Assembly: GCA_965262725.1 (NCBI GenBank)
Contig: OZ253555.1
Span: forward strand, 96,001-160,000
Length of the DNA stretch: 64,000 nt
Direction: 5' to 3'
Source: Dehalococcoidia bacterium
GTDB lineage: Bacteria; Chloroflexota; Dehalococcoidia; UBA2979
The translations under genes and the position numbers were made by a program. The notes beneath the pieces were generated by a model. The model searched no databases. It was not told the origin of the DNA and saw nothing but the letters and a program-made list of their open reading frames with translations. Below, piece after piece: positions 19,236-29,358 of this stretch (position 1 is its first letter; each line of letters opens with the position of its first letter).

Positions 19236-20762
19236 ATGCCAGCCTCCTCGAAGCATCTCGTCTGGCCCGTCAGTGACTTCGGTGTGCGCGTGGGCTGGGA
19301 CGCGGATCAGTCGCCCCCGAGGGCGCAGTACCACACGATCCACATCCCCTACGAGCCTCTGACCACGCCGCGGATCCGTATCGACGAGGAGGGGATCCGC
19401 TACCCGGACGCCCTCGACCTCCAGCCGCGCCTCGCCACCTCGTGGGAGCCGGACGACGGCTATCGCAGCTGGACGATCACGCTGCGCGAGGGCGTCCGCA
19501 GCCACGCGGGCAACGAGCTCACCGCCGAGGATGTGAAGTGGAGCTGGCAACGTACCTACGCGCTCCGCGGCGTCGGCCTCTGGCGCTCCCGCCGCATCGG
19601 CGGCCTCGACAACGCCGACACCGACATCGACGTGCTGGATAAGCGGCGCCTGCGCTTCCGTCTCGCGGGTCCGAACCCGCAGTTCCCCGCATACCTGGTC
19701 TTCGCGACATCGAACATCGTCGACTCGACGGAGGCGCGCGCGCACGCGACCGACGAGGACCCCTGGGCCGCCGAGTGGCTGAGCGATCACGTCGCCGGCT
19801 TCGGGCAGTTCCGGCTCGTCCGCCAGGGCGACGACGCCGTGGAGTTCGCGGCGCGAGATGACCACTGGATGGGTCGGCCGGGCATCGACTCGCTCACGCA
19901 CGTCGCCGTGCCCGACCGCGAGACGGGGCTGAGCATGGTCGCACGGGGCGATGCGAACTTCGCTCCCGGCCTCTACCCGGAGGAACTCTCCCGCTTCGAG
20001 GGGCGACCGGAGTTCACGACGCACCGCGTGCGCGCGAATCACTCGACGCTCGAGTTCAACTGGCTCGAGCCGCCGTTCGACGACCGGAAGGTGCGCCACG
20101 CGGTGCGCGCCGCACTCCCCTACGAGCGCATCCTGCGGCAGGTCTACCACGGCTACGCACGGCCCAGCGTGAGCCCGATCTGCTCGACATCGCAGTTCCA
20201 CGACGCGAGCCTCTGGGAGCCCGTGACCGACCTGGAGCGGGCGCGGGCGCTGATGAAGGAGAGTGGCTACCCGGACGGCTTCGAGACCGAGCTCTGGATC
20301 CCGGAGACGTACGAGTCGCTGCGTTTGGCGTCCATCGTGCAGGAGGCGCTGGGGTCGATCGGCATCCGCGTTCACACTCGCGTCGACATGCCGCGGAAGT
20401 TCGGCGCCATCTACCCGATGTGGTTCCGCGAGGAGTGCGGCCACGCGCTCTACGAGCCGATGTACGACCTGGGTCACGACTACGACCCAGCCCGCGGCGC
20501 CTTCCGCGGCCAGGTCATTCGCAACGAGCGCTGGACGGAGCCGCGCAAGGCGATCCGCCTCGCGGATGCCGCAGAGCAGCCGCGCCTCTACCGCGAGATC
20601 CAGCGCGAGATCCTGGACTTCGCGCCGTGCGTGCACATCGCGGAGATCGACACCGGCTGGGTGCTGCGTGCCGACGTCGACCCGTGGGCGCTCGACCCGG
20701 CGTTCCTCAGCGCGAGCACGACGGTCTGGTCGGCCCATCGCCAGATCATGGGGTGGTGGTAG
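19236..20762 (+). CDS. Family 5 (peptide/nickel) solute-binding protein lacking a signal peptide
   Basis: PRLATSWE..WTITLREGVRSHAGNELTAEDVKWS; PFDDRKVRHAV; AAGGAG RBS before ATG 19236. Confidence 0.85.
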   Translation: MPASSKHLVWPVSDFGVRVGWDADQSPPRAQYHTIHIPYEPLTTPRIRIDEEGIRYPDALDLQPRLATSWEPDDGYRSWTITLREGVRSHAGNELTAEDVKWSWQRTYALRGVGLWRSRRIGGLDNADTDIDVLDKRRLRFRLAGPNPQFPAYLVFATSNIVDSTEARAHATDEDPWAAEWLSDHVAGFGQFRLVRQGDDAVEFAARDDHWMGRPGIDSLTHVAVPDRETGLSMVARGDANFAPGLYPEELSRFEGRPEFTTHRVRANHSTLEFNWLEPPFDDRKVRHAVRAALPYERILRQVYHGYARPSVSPICSTSQFHDASLWEPVTDLERARALMKESGYPDGFETELWIPETYESLRLASIVQEALGSIGIRVHTRVDMPRKFGAIYPMWFREECGHALYEPMYDLGHDYDPARGAFRGQVIRNERWTEPRKAIRLADAAEQPRLYREIQREILDFAPCVHIAEIDTGWVLRADVDPWALDPAFLSASTTVWSAHRQIMGWW

Positions 20763-20831
20763 CGCATCGGTCCGCGGGGCCTGAGCTGACTGTAGGCAGT
20801 AGCGCACTCAAGTTGGTGGTCGCGCTGTAGT

Positions 20832-20899
20832 AGGTCGATGTCGGCCCAGCGCAGGGCGAGCAGCTCCCGCGCCGTGCTCCCGTCTCGAGCGCGATGTAG
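20832..20899 (-). pseudogene. Degraded ~68-bp copy of the tyrosine integrase box I (cf. 32591-32659)
   Basis: Close nucleotide match to the YVALETGARRGELLALRWADIDL region of the integrase, with an indel. Confidence 0.75.
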
Positions 20900-20980
20900 C
20901 GCCGGTGACTCTGATCGATGAGGGGGCACCGGCCCCGGCCGTCTCTACCGAGGCCCGCTGGGCGAACGCGCCGGACGCCT

Positions 20981-21088
20981 AGGTGGCGCCACGAATGCGC
21001 AGCGAGCCTGCGACTCCGCCCACGAGCCGGCGGGGTCGCCATCGATCGGCGCCGCGATGACTGCGGAGGCGTCGACGACCGGCGTCAC
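20981..21088 (-). pseudogene. VapC PIN N-terminal remnant
   Basis: VTPVVDASAVIAAPIDGDPAGSWAES..FVAP resembles VVDASVVVAALVDxGPxGxWAE..LxAP. Confidence 0.5.
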
Positions 21089-22182
21089 CGTCGCGCTGCC
21101 TAGCGGCGAGGCCCGACTGATCCTGCCGCTCGCAACGATTGCGCGGGCCGTCGAGCCGCGGGTGCCGTGGCCGGTGTCGGCGGACTGGCACCGGTCGCCC
21201 GAGGCCGCGTCCATGCTCGCCGGAGGCGCGGCGAAGCTCCTGGCATTCACGGCCGCCCTATCGTGCACCGGCGACAGGTCTGGTCCAGCGGCCCCGGGAG
21301 CGGGTGACCGATGGCGCCTGTCGGCACCCGCGCGGCGTCGAAGCGCGAAGCGCGGCGCTGCGGGTTCGCACGTCCCGCGCGTGGCCCGCTCGGCGCTCTC
21401 GTCGATCGCGGTGGCCTGCACGCTGTCGGAGAATCCCCGCCACCGGGTCCCGCCGTTCCCGCCAGGCCGCCTGCTCGCCCTCCGCAATCGTGTCCGCTCT
21501 TGCGGGTACCGATCCGGAGTGGTGCAGTGCTCGCCAGCGCGAGGGCGCGGCCGCGTGTCAACGCGCGCGCCCGCGGCTGAATCAGCGGACCGCGTCCGTT
21601 GATCGCTACCAAGTCGGGATGAACGAGCGCTGGGACGTGCGTTGGCTCATGCGCGTGCTGCGACAGATGAGCACGCCGACTCGGACTGTGGACGGGAGAT
21701 TCTGTGCTTCTTCGTCTGAGCGCGTGGTGTTTCCGCAACCCCCGCAAGACGGTCGCCGCCTGGATCGTGACCGTGATCGCGGTAGTCGCGGCGGCCGGTG
21801 CCGTGGGTCCCTCGTTCTACGCGGAGCTTGAGGCGCCCGACTCGGACAGCCGCAACGGGTTCGATGTGATCGAGGAGCACTTCGGCGGCCTGGGCGGCGG
21901 ATTCAGCGGCTCCATCGTCTTCCGCTCCGAATCCGGCGTGGACGACCCACAGGTGCGCGAAGCCATGGAGGCGATGTTCCGGGAGGTCGACTCGTACGAG
22001 GGAGTGAGCGTCACCAGCCCGTACCTCGCGACGATACCGATCCCGGAGACGCCCCGGGGGCGCACCCCGCACATGCCCGGCCGGCCACAGGTGAGCGTGG
22101 ACGGTCAGGTCGCGTTCGCTCGCCTTGACCTCGGGCCGGAGCTGGACTTCAACGATACGTCCCGGCTCGGAGGAGAGTTCGT

Positions 22183-23600
22183 AGTAGCGTCCCAGCAAGT
22201 GGTGTCACAGGCGGGGAGACGGTCTCCGCAGGGGGACCTACTACCGACCACGGTGCCCATGCAGGTGGACGTAAGAGACCACCGCATCATCCTTCACGAA
22301 GTTATGACGAACGTGGAGGAGGACGACGGTGGTCAGAGAGAGCGTGGACGTGTTGGAACTGCTCCGCAAGCAGGCATCGGGAGCTGACCTCGATTTCCTG
22401 CGCGAAGCGGTGGCTGTGCTCGCCGAGGCGGTCATGGACCAGGAGGTCTCGGCGCAGGTCGGCGCCGGCTACGGCGAGCGCAGCGAGATGCGCACCACCC
22501 GGCGCAACGGCTACAGGCAAAGACGCTGGGACACGCGGGTGGGCAGCATCGACCTGCAGATCCCGAAGCTCCGCCAGGGGTCCTACTTCCCGGCGCTGCT
22601 CGAGCCCCGGCGCCGCTCAGAGCGCGCCTTGCTAGCCGTCGTCCAGCAAGCGTACGTGGAGGGCGTCTCCACTCGCCGCGTCGACGACCTCGTGCGCTCG
22701 CTCGGCTGCGAGGGCATCTCCAAGAGCCAGGTCTCGCGTATCTGCTCGGAGCTCGACACGGTCGTCACAAGTTTCCTCGGCCGGCCCCTGGACTCCGGCC
22801 CCTACCGATACCTCTGGCTCGACGCGCTCACCCAGCGGGTGCGCGAGGAGGGCCGCATCGCCCAGGTGAGCGTCGTCGTCGCCACCGCGGTCAACGTGGA
22901 GGGGAAGCGCGAGGTGCTGGGCATCGACGTCGGTACCAGCGAGGACGGGGCCTTCTGGCTGGCATTTCTCCGCGGCCTCGTAGCACGAGGGCTCTCCGGC
23001 GTGGAGCTGGTGACCTCCGACGCCCACCAGGGCCTGAGGGGAGCGATCGCGACCGTCTTCGGCGGCGCCTCCTGGCAGCGCTGCCGTACCCACTTCATGC
23101 GGAACCTGCTCACACGCGTGCCGAAGAGCGCCGAGGCGCTGGTGGCGACGACCGTGCGCACCATCTACCAGCAGCCCTCGGCCTCCGAGGTGCACGCCCA
23201 GCACACGCGGGTCGTGGAGCAGCTCGGTGCGCGCTTCCCGCAGGCCGCGGCAATGCTCGCCGACGCCGCGGAGGAGATCCTGGCGTTCACGGCCTTCCCG
23301 GTGGCGCACTGGCGGCAGATCTGGTCGAACAACCCCCAGGAGCGGCTCAACAAGGAGATCCGCCGGCGCACCAACGTGGTCGGCATCTTCCCCAACCGCT
23401 CAGCGGTCATCCGGCTCATCGGTGCGGTGCTCTCCGAGCAGCACGACGAGTGGGCCGTGGGGCGGCGCTACATGACGATGATGACGCTGCTCTCCCCGCC
23501 GGGGAGTGAGCTCACGTCAGGCAAGGAGGTGCTGCTGCAGGCTGCCGGCTAACAAATGATAAGGATGATGCGCAGTGACACCACTTGCCGGGACGTGACC
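22183..23600 (+). mobile_element. IS256-family element, 1418 bp, with 8-bp target duplication
   Basis: Terminal IRs agtagCGTCCCaGCAAGTGGTGTCAC / GTGACACCACTTGCcGGGACGtgacc; GAGTTCGT duplicated at 22175-22182 and 23601-23608. Confidence 0.95.
22329..23552 (+). CDS. IS256 transposase
   Basis: RNGYR, YLWLDA, LVTSDAHQGL, QRCRTHF and ERLNKEIRRRT motifs. Confidence 0.95.
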   Translation: MVRESVDVLELLRKQASGADLDFLREAVAVLAEAVMDQEVSAQVGAGYGERSEMRTTRRNGYRQRRWDTRVGSIDLQIPKLRQGSYFPALLEPRRRSERALLAVVQQAYVEGVSTRRVDDLVRSLGCEGISKSQVSRICSELDTVVTSFLGRPLDSGPYRYLWLDALTQRVREEGRIAQVSVVVATAVNVEGKREVLGIDVGTSEDGAFWLAFLRGLVARGLSGVELVTSDAHQGLRGAIATVFGGASWQRCRTHFMRNLLTRVPKSAEALVATTVRTIYQQPSASEVHAQHTRVVEQLGARFPQAAAMLADAAEEILAFTAFPVAHWRQIWSNNPQERLNKEIRRRTNVVGIFPNRSAVIRLIGAVLSEQHDEWAVGRRYMTMMTLLSPPGSELTSGKEVLLQAAG

Positions 23601-25466
23601 GAGTTCGTGCGCATCGCGCCTGATCTGCCCGGGCTGCGGGTGGAGATCGGCGGCGAGGCGCTCAGCGAGTTCGAGCCGCCGCAGTCGGAGTTCATCGGGC
23701 TGGCGTTCGCGGTCGTGGTGCTGATTGTTGCCTTCGGTTCCGTGATGGCGATGGGGTTGCTGATCGCCGTCGCGGTGGCGGGGGTCGGCGTCGGCCTCGC
23801 GCTGGCCGTGATCCTGTCCAACGTGCTGTCGATCCCGGAGTTCGCGACGACGATCGGCGCGATGATCGGGATCGGCGTCGGCATCGACTACGCGCTCTTC
23901 ATTGTGACGCGGTACCGGGACGGCCTGGCCGAAGAGGGGGCCGTGGAGCCCTCCGCGTATCTCGCCTTTGACACGGCCGGTCGGGCGGTGATCTTCGCAG
24001 GACTGACGGTCGTCATCTCGCTGCTCGGCCTGCTGCTCATGGGCCTGCCGTTCATCACGGGGCTCGCCGTTGCGGCAGCGCTCACGGTTGCGGCGACCAT
24101 GGTCGCTTCGGTCACGCTGCTGCCCGCGCTCATGGGCTTCGTGCGCGACCGGATCGAGGTCACGCGGTGGCGCGGGCTCGTCGCGGCGGGACTGGTTGCG
24201 GTAGCGCTGCTGGGCCTCGGACTGGGGTTCCCGCCGCTGCTGCTCGGCGTGCCGCTCGCCGTACTCGTGCTCCTCGCCGGCTTCGTGGTCAGGCCGCTGC
24301 GAGGGATTGTCCCGAGACGCGCCCGCGTGCCGATACAGCAGACGCTCGCCTGGCGGTGGAGTCGATTGGTGCAGTCCCACCCCTGGATCGCGCTCCTCGT
24401 CGGCGCCGCGCTGCTGCTCGCGATGGCCGCGCCGGCGCGGTCGCTGCACCTCGGGTTCGCCGACGACGGCAACTTCCCCGAGGGCACCACGACGCGCCGC
24501 GCCTACGATCTCCTCGCCGAGGGCTTCGGGCCCGGCTTCAACGGACCGCTCATCGTCACGGCTGAAGTACGGGATGCGCAGGATCGCGCGGCCGTGGGGC
24601 CGCTCCTCGCCGCGCTCGGGGCCGCCGATGGCGTCGTGTCCGTGAACGGCCCGCTGCCCAGCGATCTGGCGAACCCCGAGCGCTCGTCGGCGTACCTGGT
24701 GCAGGTGTACGCGGCGACTGCGCCGCAGGACCCGGAGACCGCCGAGCTGGTGGATCGACTGCGCGCCGACGTGCTCCCCGCGGCCGTCGACGGCACCACT
24801 ATGGACGTGAGCGTCACCGGCTTCGTCGCGCTGGGCGTCGACTTCACCAACTACCTGGCGGGGCGCACCCCGGTGTTCTTCGCGGCAGTGCTCGTGGTCT
24901 CGTTCATCCTGCTGATGATCGTGTTCCGGTCGGTGCTGGTGCCGCTCAAGGCCGTGGTCGTGAACCTGCTATCGATCGCCGCTGCCTACGGCGTGGTGGT
25001 GATGGTGTTCCAGCAGGGTTGGCTTGGCTCGTGGGTCGGCGTCGATGCCGGGCCCATCGAGCCGTTCATCCCGATGATGCTGTTCGCGATCGTCTTCGGG
25101 CTCTCCATGGACTACGAGGTGTTCTTGCTCTCCCGCGTGCGCGAGGAGTTCGACCGTAGCGGCGACGCGGTGGCGTCGGTGGCGGACGGGCTCGCGTCGA
25201 CGGCGCGGGTCATCACCGCGGCCGCGGCGATCATGGTGGTCGTCTTCGGCAGTTTCGTGTTCGAGGACAACCGCGCCATCAAGATGTTCGGCCTCGGGCT
25301 CGCCGTCGCCGTGCTGCTCGACGCGACGGTGGTGCGGCTGCTACTGGTGCCGGCTGCTATGGAGCTGATGGGGGCTCGCAACTGGTGGGTGCCTCGCTGG
25401 CTCGACCGCCTGTTGCCCCGCCTGACGATCGATCGCGCCCCGTACTCGAGTCCGTGAGCATGAGCG

Positions 25467-25616
25467 GCGTTACCTACTCTCGAGGAGCAGGGGGCGATCG
25501 CCACCACCCTCGATAGGGTCGAAGCCGGCACAGATCGGGCTCAGGAGGAGCGCGCAACCAGACACGCGTTGCACGCGTCAGTGGCAGATGAGCTGCTCAC
25601 CGCGCACGTGCGGGTG
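25467..25616 (+). pseudogene. Type I R-M specificity subunit (HsdS) C-terminal coiled-coil remnant
   Basis: LPTLEEQGAIATTLDRV..AQEER..LHASVADELLTAHVRV matches the PPLEEQ..IA..LD...LLTGxVRV pattern. Confidence 0.65.
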
Positions 25617-25830
25617 TGGGTGGGCGAGTCGACGTGGGGTTCTGTGACGCCGGCTCGGGTGTCGCGGGCAAGCACTCACGAGCGTGTACTCGCAGTACAC
25701 GCGTCCGCCAGCGGTGCCGCACCCACCGGCAAGCTCTCCGCCAGCAATGCCGCCGAGGCGGAGCTTGTGGCGGCGTTTGAGGAGACCGGGCCGCCGAGCA
25801 GGGCGGGCGCACGGACCCCGACGTCGTCGC

Positions 25831-26325
25831 CTATTCCTGCGACGGCCTTCGCGCGCGGCCGAGGCCGATCGTCGCCAGGCCAAGCGCCAGCCCGACCGGC
25901 GCGATCGCCAGCGCCGCGGGCACTGGCGCCTGGCCGACGGAGCCGGTCACCACATCCGCAAGGCTCGTGCCGTCATCGGAGTCGTGGCCGTCGCCGTCTG
26001 TGGTCTCCCGGTCATCGGAGCGGTGGTCTGCGGCCGCGTCTGCGTCGAGATTCGCGTCGATGTGCTGCCAGACCCCGAGTGAGGCACTCACGACGGCCAG
26101 AATGGCTACCGCTCGCGCCAGCCGAACCGTCACCGTCGTCTGGCGAACGACGAGGGCCACCAGGGCGACGCTGACGATGCCCAGTGTTATCCACGGCGCC
26201 AGTTGCCAGGTGGTACCCCAGTGGCGCTCGTAGGCGAGCGTCAGGGCGGTGCCCACCACGCCCAGCACCACCAGCAGAAGCAATCCCGTCCGGAGACCTC
26301 CCGCTGCACCGTCCCGTCTCAGCAT
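25831..26325 (-). CDS. Hypothetical membrane protein (about 4 TM, Asp/His-rich loop)
   Basis: Hydrophobic segments; YERHW..WQLAPW; start uncertain. Confidence 0.65.
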   Translation of the reverse strand: MLRRDGAAGGLRTGLLLLVVLGVVGTALTLAYERHWGTTWQLAPWITLGIVSVALVALVVRQTTVTVRLARAVAILAVVSASLGVWQHIDANLDADAAADHRSDDRETTDGDGHDSDDGTSLADVVTGSVGQAPVPAALAIAPVGLALGLATIGLGRARRPSQE

Positions 26326-26454
26326 TTCGGTCGCGGCAGTGGCGCCAGCGTCATCATGGAGACGATCACGCAGTCGGCTCGGGGTCGAGAGGAACGCGTC
26401 GTCATGGAACCTCCAACGCTGCGAGATGATATCAAGTCCCGAGCCGCGGGAGCG

Positions 26455-26565
26455 GCCGGGGGCCGATCGGCTCCGCTCGCGCGTCACCGTGGCGGCTGGG
26501 CACCCCGTCTCTAGGATTCACCCCCGCAGCGACGTTCCCACCCGATCGGGGCTGAACCGACCAAT
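26455..26565 (-). ncRNA. Candidate (degenerate) cobalamin riboswitch
   Basis: GGT..GGGAA-cgtc..GGTGAATCC..gacg..CCGCCACGGTGA..GAGCCG in the expected order upstream of the membrane protein gene. Confidence 0.3.
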
Positions 26566-26921
26566 CAGGAGATGTACGCAGCCTTCCGAAGCCTCCTCCG
26601 CAAGCTGGTCGACAGGCAGAATCCGACTGCGGCCCTGGCGCGGCAGCTCGCGAGCCCCGAAGGAGACACGCTCGTCTCGGAGCCGATCAGGCGAGTCCCG
26701 CGCAGGCGCCGATAGGACCGCGGGCGCCAGGAGCTGTGGGCCGGAGCCCCCGCGCCGTCTAGCGACCCGGCGGTGGCGACGCCTGTCCGGCGGCGTAAGC
26801 GTCCCCAGCAGACTGCCTCCCCCTACCTCCGCCAGCGCGCACGTGTGCCAGAGGCCGCGAGCGCGCCGCGGCGCTCAGCCTGTCGTCCGCACCCCGCACC
26901 CCGCATCCAAGCGACCGGTAT

Positions 26922-27059
26922 CCTTAACGTGAGTGTCAGTACCCGTCTAAGTCCGCAGCTATGGTGCGCCAGAACAAGACGCACGCCTTCGGCACTACCG
27001 ATGCCCTTAACGTGAGTGTCAATACCAGAACCAGCGTCCTTAACGTGAGCGTTAGTACC
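26922..27059 (+). repeat. Three 22-bp direct repeats CCTTAACGTGAGYGTYARTACC
   Basis: Copies at 26922-26943, 27005-27026 and 27038-27059; degenerate fourth copy at ~27109-27130. Confidence 0.9.
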
Positions 27060-27119
27060 ACCGTTATGTTGCACATCAAGGAGACGCTTGTCCATGAGCT
27101 GAATGGCCGTATTACGTGC

Positions 27120-27148
27120 GTGACAAGTCGCGCTGTACTCGCTATAGT
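27120..27148 (+). promoter_or_regulatory. Sigma70-like promoter upstream of the dppB-like gene
   Basis: GTGACA-N17-TATAGT. Confidence 0.55.
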
Positions 27149-27288
27149 CCCGCGCACCTTGAGAGCGGCTCGTGGGGATCTGTCCACGCCGGGCCGCGAG
27201 GTGATGTGGGAGCTCGTCAATCGGCGAACGGTCTGAGGGGCTTTCACCGCCGCTGTACTGGCCATGGGGCCGGCGAGGAGCGTGATAC

Positions 27289-28209
27289 ATGGTAGGTTCC
27301 ATTCTTGCCCGCCGAGCGATACAGGCTTTCGTCGTCCTCTTCCTGCTGGTATCCACGCTTTTCTTCGTCTCGCGTATGTCCGGCGACCCCGTCGTCATGC
27401 TTACCGAGGGCGTGGTCGATCCGGCCGATCTCGATGACCTCCGGAAGGCCTACGGATTCGACGATCCGATCATAGTGCAGTACGTTCGCTTCCTCGGTGA
27501 GGTCTCGCAGGGCGACTTCGGCAACTCGGTGCGCACGTTTCAGCCCGCCCACGATCTGGTGCTCGACCGCATCCAGGTGAGCCTCAAGCTGGTCGTCCCC
27601 ACCTTCCTGCTCGTCATCCTCATCGCGATACCGCTGGGTGCCATGGCCGCCGTCAAGCGCGGTGCCATCGGCGCGTTCGCGATGCTCATGGCCGTCCTCT
27701 TTCAGTCCGTGCCCTCGTTCTTCCTCGGGGTCCTCTACATTTTCCTGTTCGGGGTCACGCTGGGCTGGCTGCCGGTGTTCGGGACCGGAGGTTTCGAACA
27801 CTTCATCCTTCCGGTCGCGACGCTGATGGGCTACCCGCTCGCGCGCTACACACGGCTGATGCGGGCGCAGGTCTCTGAGACGTTGACCCAGGAGTACGTG
27901 CGCACGGCCCGTTCGAAGGGTCTCGCCGAGACGAAGGTGATCCGAAAGCACGTGATGCGGAACTCGCTGCTCCCGATCATCACGGTGATGGGAGTCGATG
28001 TCGGGACGCTCGTCGGCAGCGCGATCATCGTTGAGGCGGTCTTCGCCTGGCCCGGCTTCGGCACGCTGGTCGTCGAGGCGGCGAAGACGCGCGACTACCC
28101 CGTGATCCAGGCGGCGGGCTTCACGATCGGCGTGCTGGTGCTCGCCGGCAGTCTGGCCGCGGACTTCGCGTACGGTCTTATTGACCCGCGCGTTCGCCGG
28201 AGAAGCTAG
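27289..28209 (+). CDS. Peptide/nickel ABC transporter permease (DppB/OppB-like), no adjacent partners
   Basis: GDFGNS, EYVRTARSKGL (EAA loop), VEAVFAWPGFG, RDYPVIQ, IDPR. Confidence 0.93.
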   Translation: MVGSILARRAIQAFVVLFLLVSTLFFVSRMSGDPVVMLTEGVVDPADLDDLRKAYGFDDPIIVQYVRFLGEVSQGDFGNSVRTFQPAHDLVLDRIQVSLKLVVPTFLLVILIAIPLGAMAAVKRGAIGAFAMLMAVLFQSVPSFFLGVLYIFLFGVTLGWLPVFGTGGFEHFILPVATLMGYPLARYTRLMRAQVSETLTQEYVRTARSKGLAETKVIRKHVMRNSLLPIITVMGVDVGTLVGSAIIVEAVFAWPGFGTLVVEAAKTRDYPVIQAAGFTIGVLVLAGSLAADFAYGLIDPRVRRRS

Positions 28210-29169
28210 ACGCCAGGATCCGCTCACCGGGGTGCGGGGATGAGCAGCCGGGGAGCGAACGTGTGGTGGCGATGTCCGGGGGCTGTGCGGCCGGGAGGCC
28301 GTCCGCCCTCGGACTGAGCTGGTAGACACCCCATGTCCGTAACGCGCAAGGGGTGCCCCCACCCGGGCAGCGAATCGGGGTGTCGGGTGCGCGATGCGCA
28401 AGGAGATCGTGAGCAGTCGGAGCGCCGTGTTAGAGCCGTGCGCGCGGCGGTGTTCCGAGGTCGACGCCGCCGGAGAGAATGGTCCTGGCCGGCGTGAGAT
28501 GGGTGTCGGCTTCTGCGGACATGCGGTGGCTGGCCGACCGCTGCCGGTCGCCCGTGACGCGGGGTGCGCAGGTACTCGCCTCGCCGAGTTGCGCCCTCAA
28601 CGAGCTCCAGACCCTGGATGAGTCGCGGCCCGCCGAGGCGCTCCGCGACCTCCGTCAGGCGGCGAGCTCAGCGTCCTCGGTGCCCAGGCCGCCCCAGGCA
28701 GTCTCCTCGTCGTAGAGCCGGCGCTTGTGCAGGCAGCCGTGCAGGAACGCGACCAGGCGGTTGGCGAGGGCGCGCAGCGCCTGGTTGTGCCCGTCGCCGA
28801 GCGCCCGCCGCTGCTGGTAGTACGCCCGGCACCCGGGACTCGCCTGGAGCGAGCAGAACGCCCACATGTGTATCGCGTCGTAGAGGCGCCGGTTCCGCAC
28901 GTGGCGCGCGGTGACCGTCCGCTTCCGCCCCGATGCTATGGTGAGCGGCGACGTGCCCGCGTAGTTCCTGCGGGACTTCGCGGACACGAAGCGTTCGGGG
29001 TCATCCCCGAACTCGCCCAGCACCCGGGCGCCGAGCACGGGCCCCAGGCCCGGCATCGACAGGTAAATCGCGGCGTCCGGGTGCTCCTCAAAAGCACCCC
29101 ACCCCCGGCGGCCGGGCGGTGCAGCAAGCCACTAACTGGGGTGGGCCGAGCGGCGGTGTATAGTCGCGG

Positions 29170-29345
29170 CGAGGCGTGATGACCGGGCCGAGGCCGGTAC
29201 ATCGTTGGTGCGATCTGCCCGTTCAAAAGCATGGTCCGGGAGCCCTGCGACTGCATCACTGGTGACGTCCCGTCGGGGCGATCCCGTTCGGTAGAGTGTC
29301 GGTCTGGTCGTGGCTCCCTCCGGTCACACGCCCACGCTGTGGGGG
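29170..29345 (+). ncRNA. Putative bridge RNA of IS110 B
   Basis: cccgtTCAAAAG (29223-29229) equals the left target plus core; cccgtTCGGTAG (29288-29294) equals the right-end donor plus core; TATAGT at 29159-29164; boundaries approximate. Confidence 0.65.
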
Positions 29346-29358
29346 AGGGGGCGAGAGG

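Larger units (their letters stand above)
21704..25457 (+). pseudogene. MMPL/RND-family transporter interrupted by IS256
   Basis: The 5' part (21704-22182) and 3' part (23609-25457) rejoin in frame (GGEFV|RIAP); GVGIDYALF and GLSMDYEVFL motifs. Confidence 0.9.

Noticed and set aside
26531-26559. 29-nt stretch resembling a type I-E CRISPR repeat (..GGGGCTGAACCG)
   Set aside because: Single degenerate copy with no spacers and no cas genes; it overlaps the riboswitch candidate
26922-27059. 22-bp repeats as a mini CRISPR array
   Set aside because: Gaps of 61 and 11 bp are too uneven and the repeat is not palindromic
27155-27288. Riboswitch in the ~135-nt leader of the dppB-like gene
   Set aside because: Hairpins are possible but no TPP, SAM, glycine or cobalamin consensus was recognised
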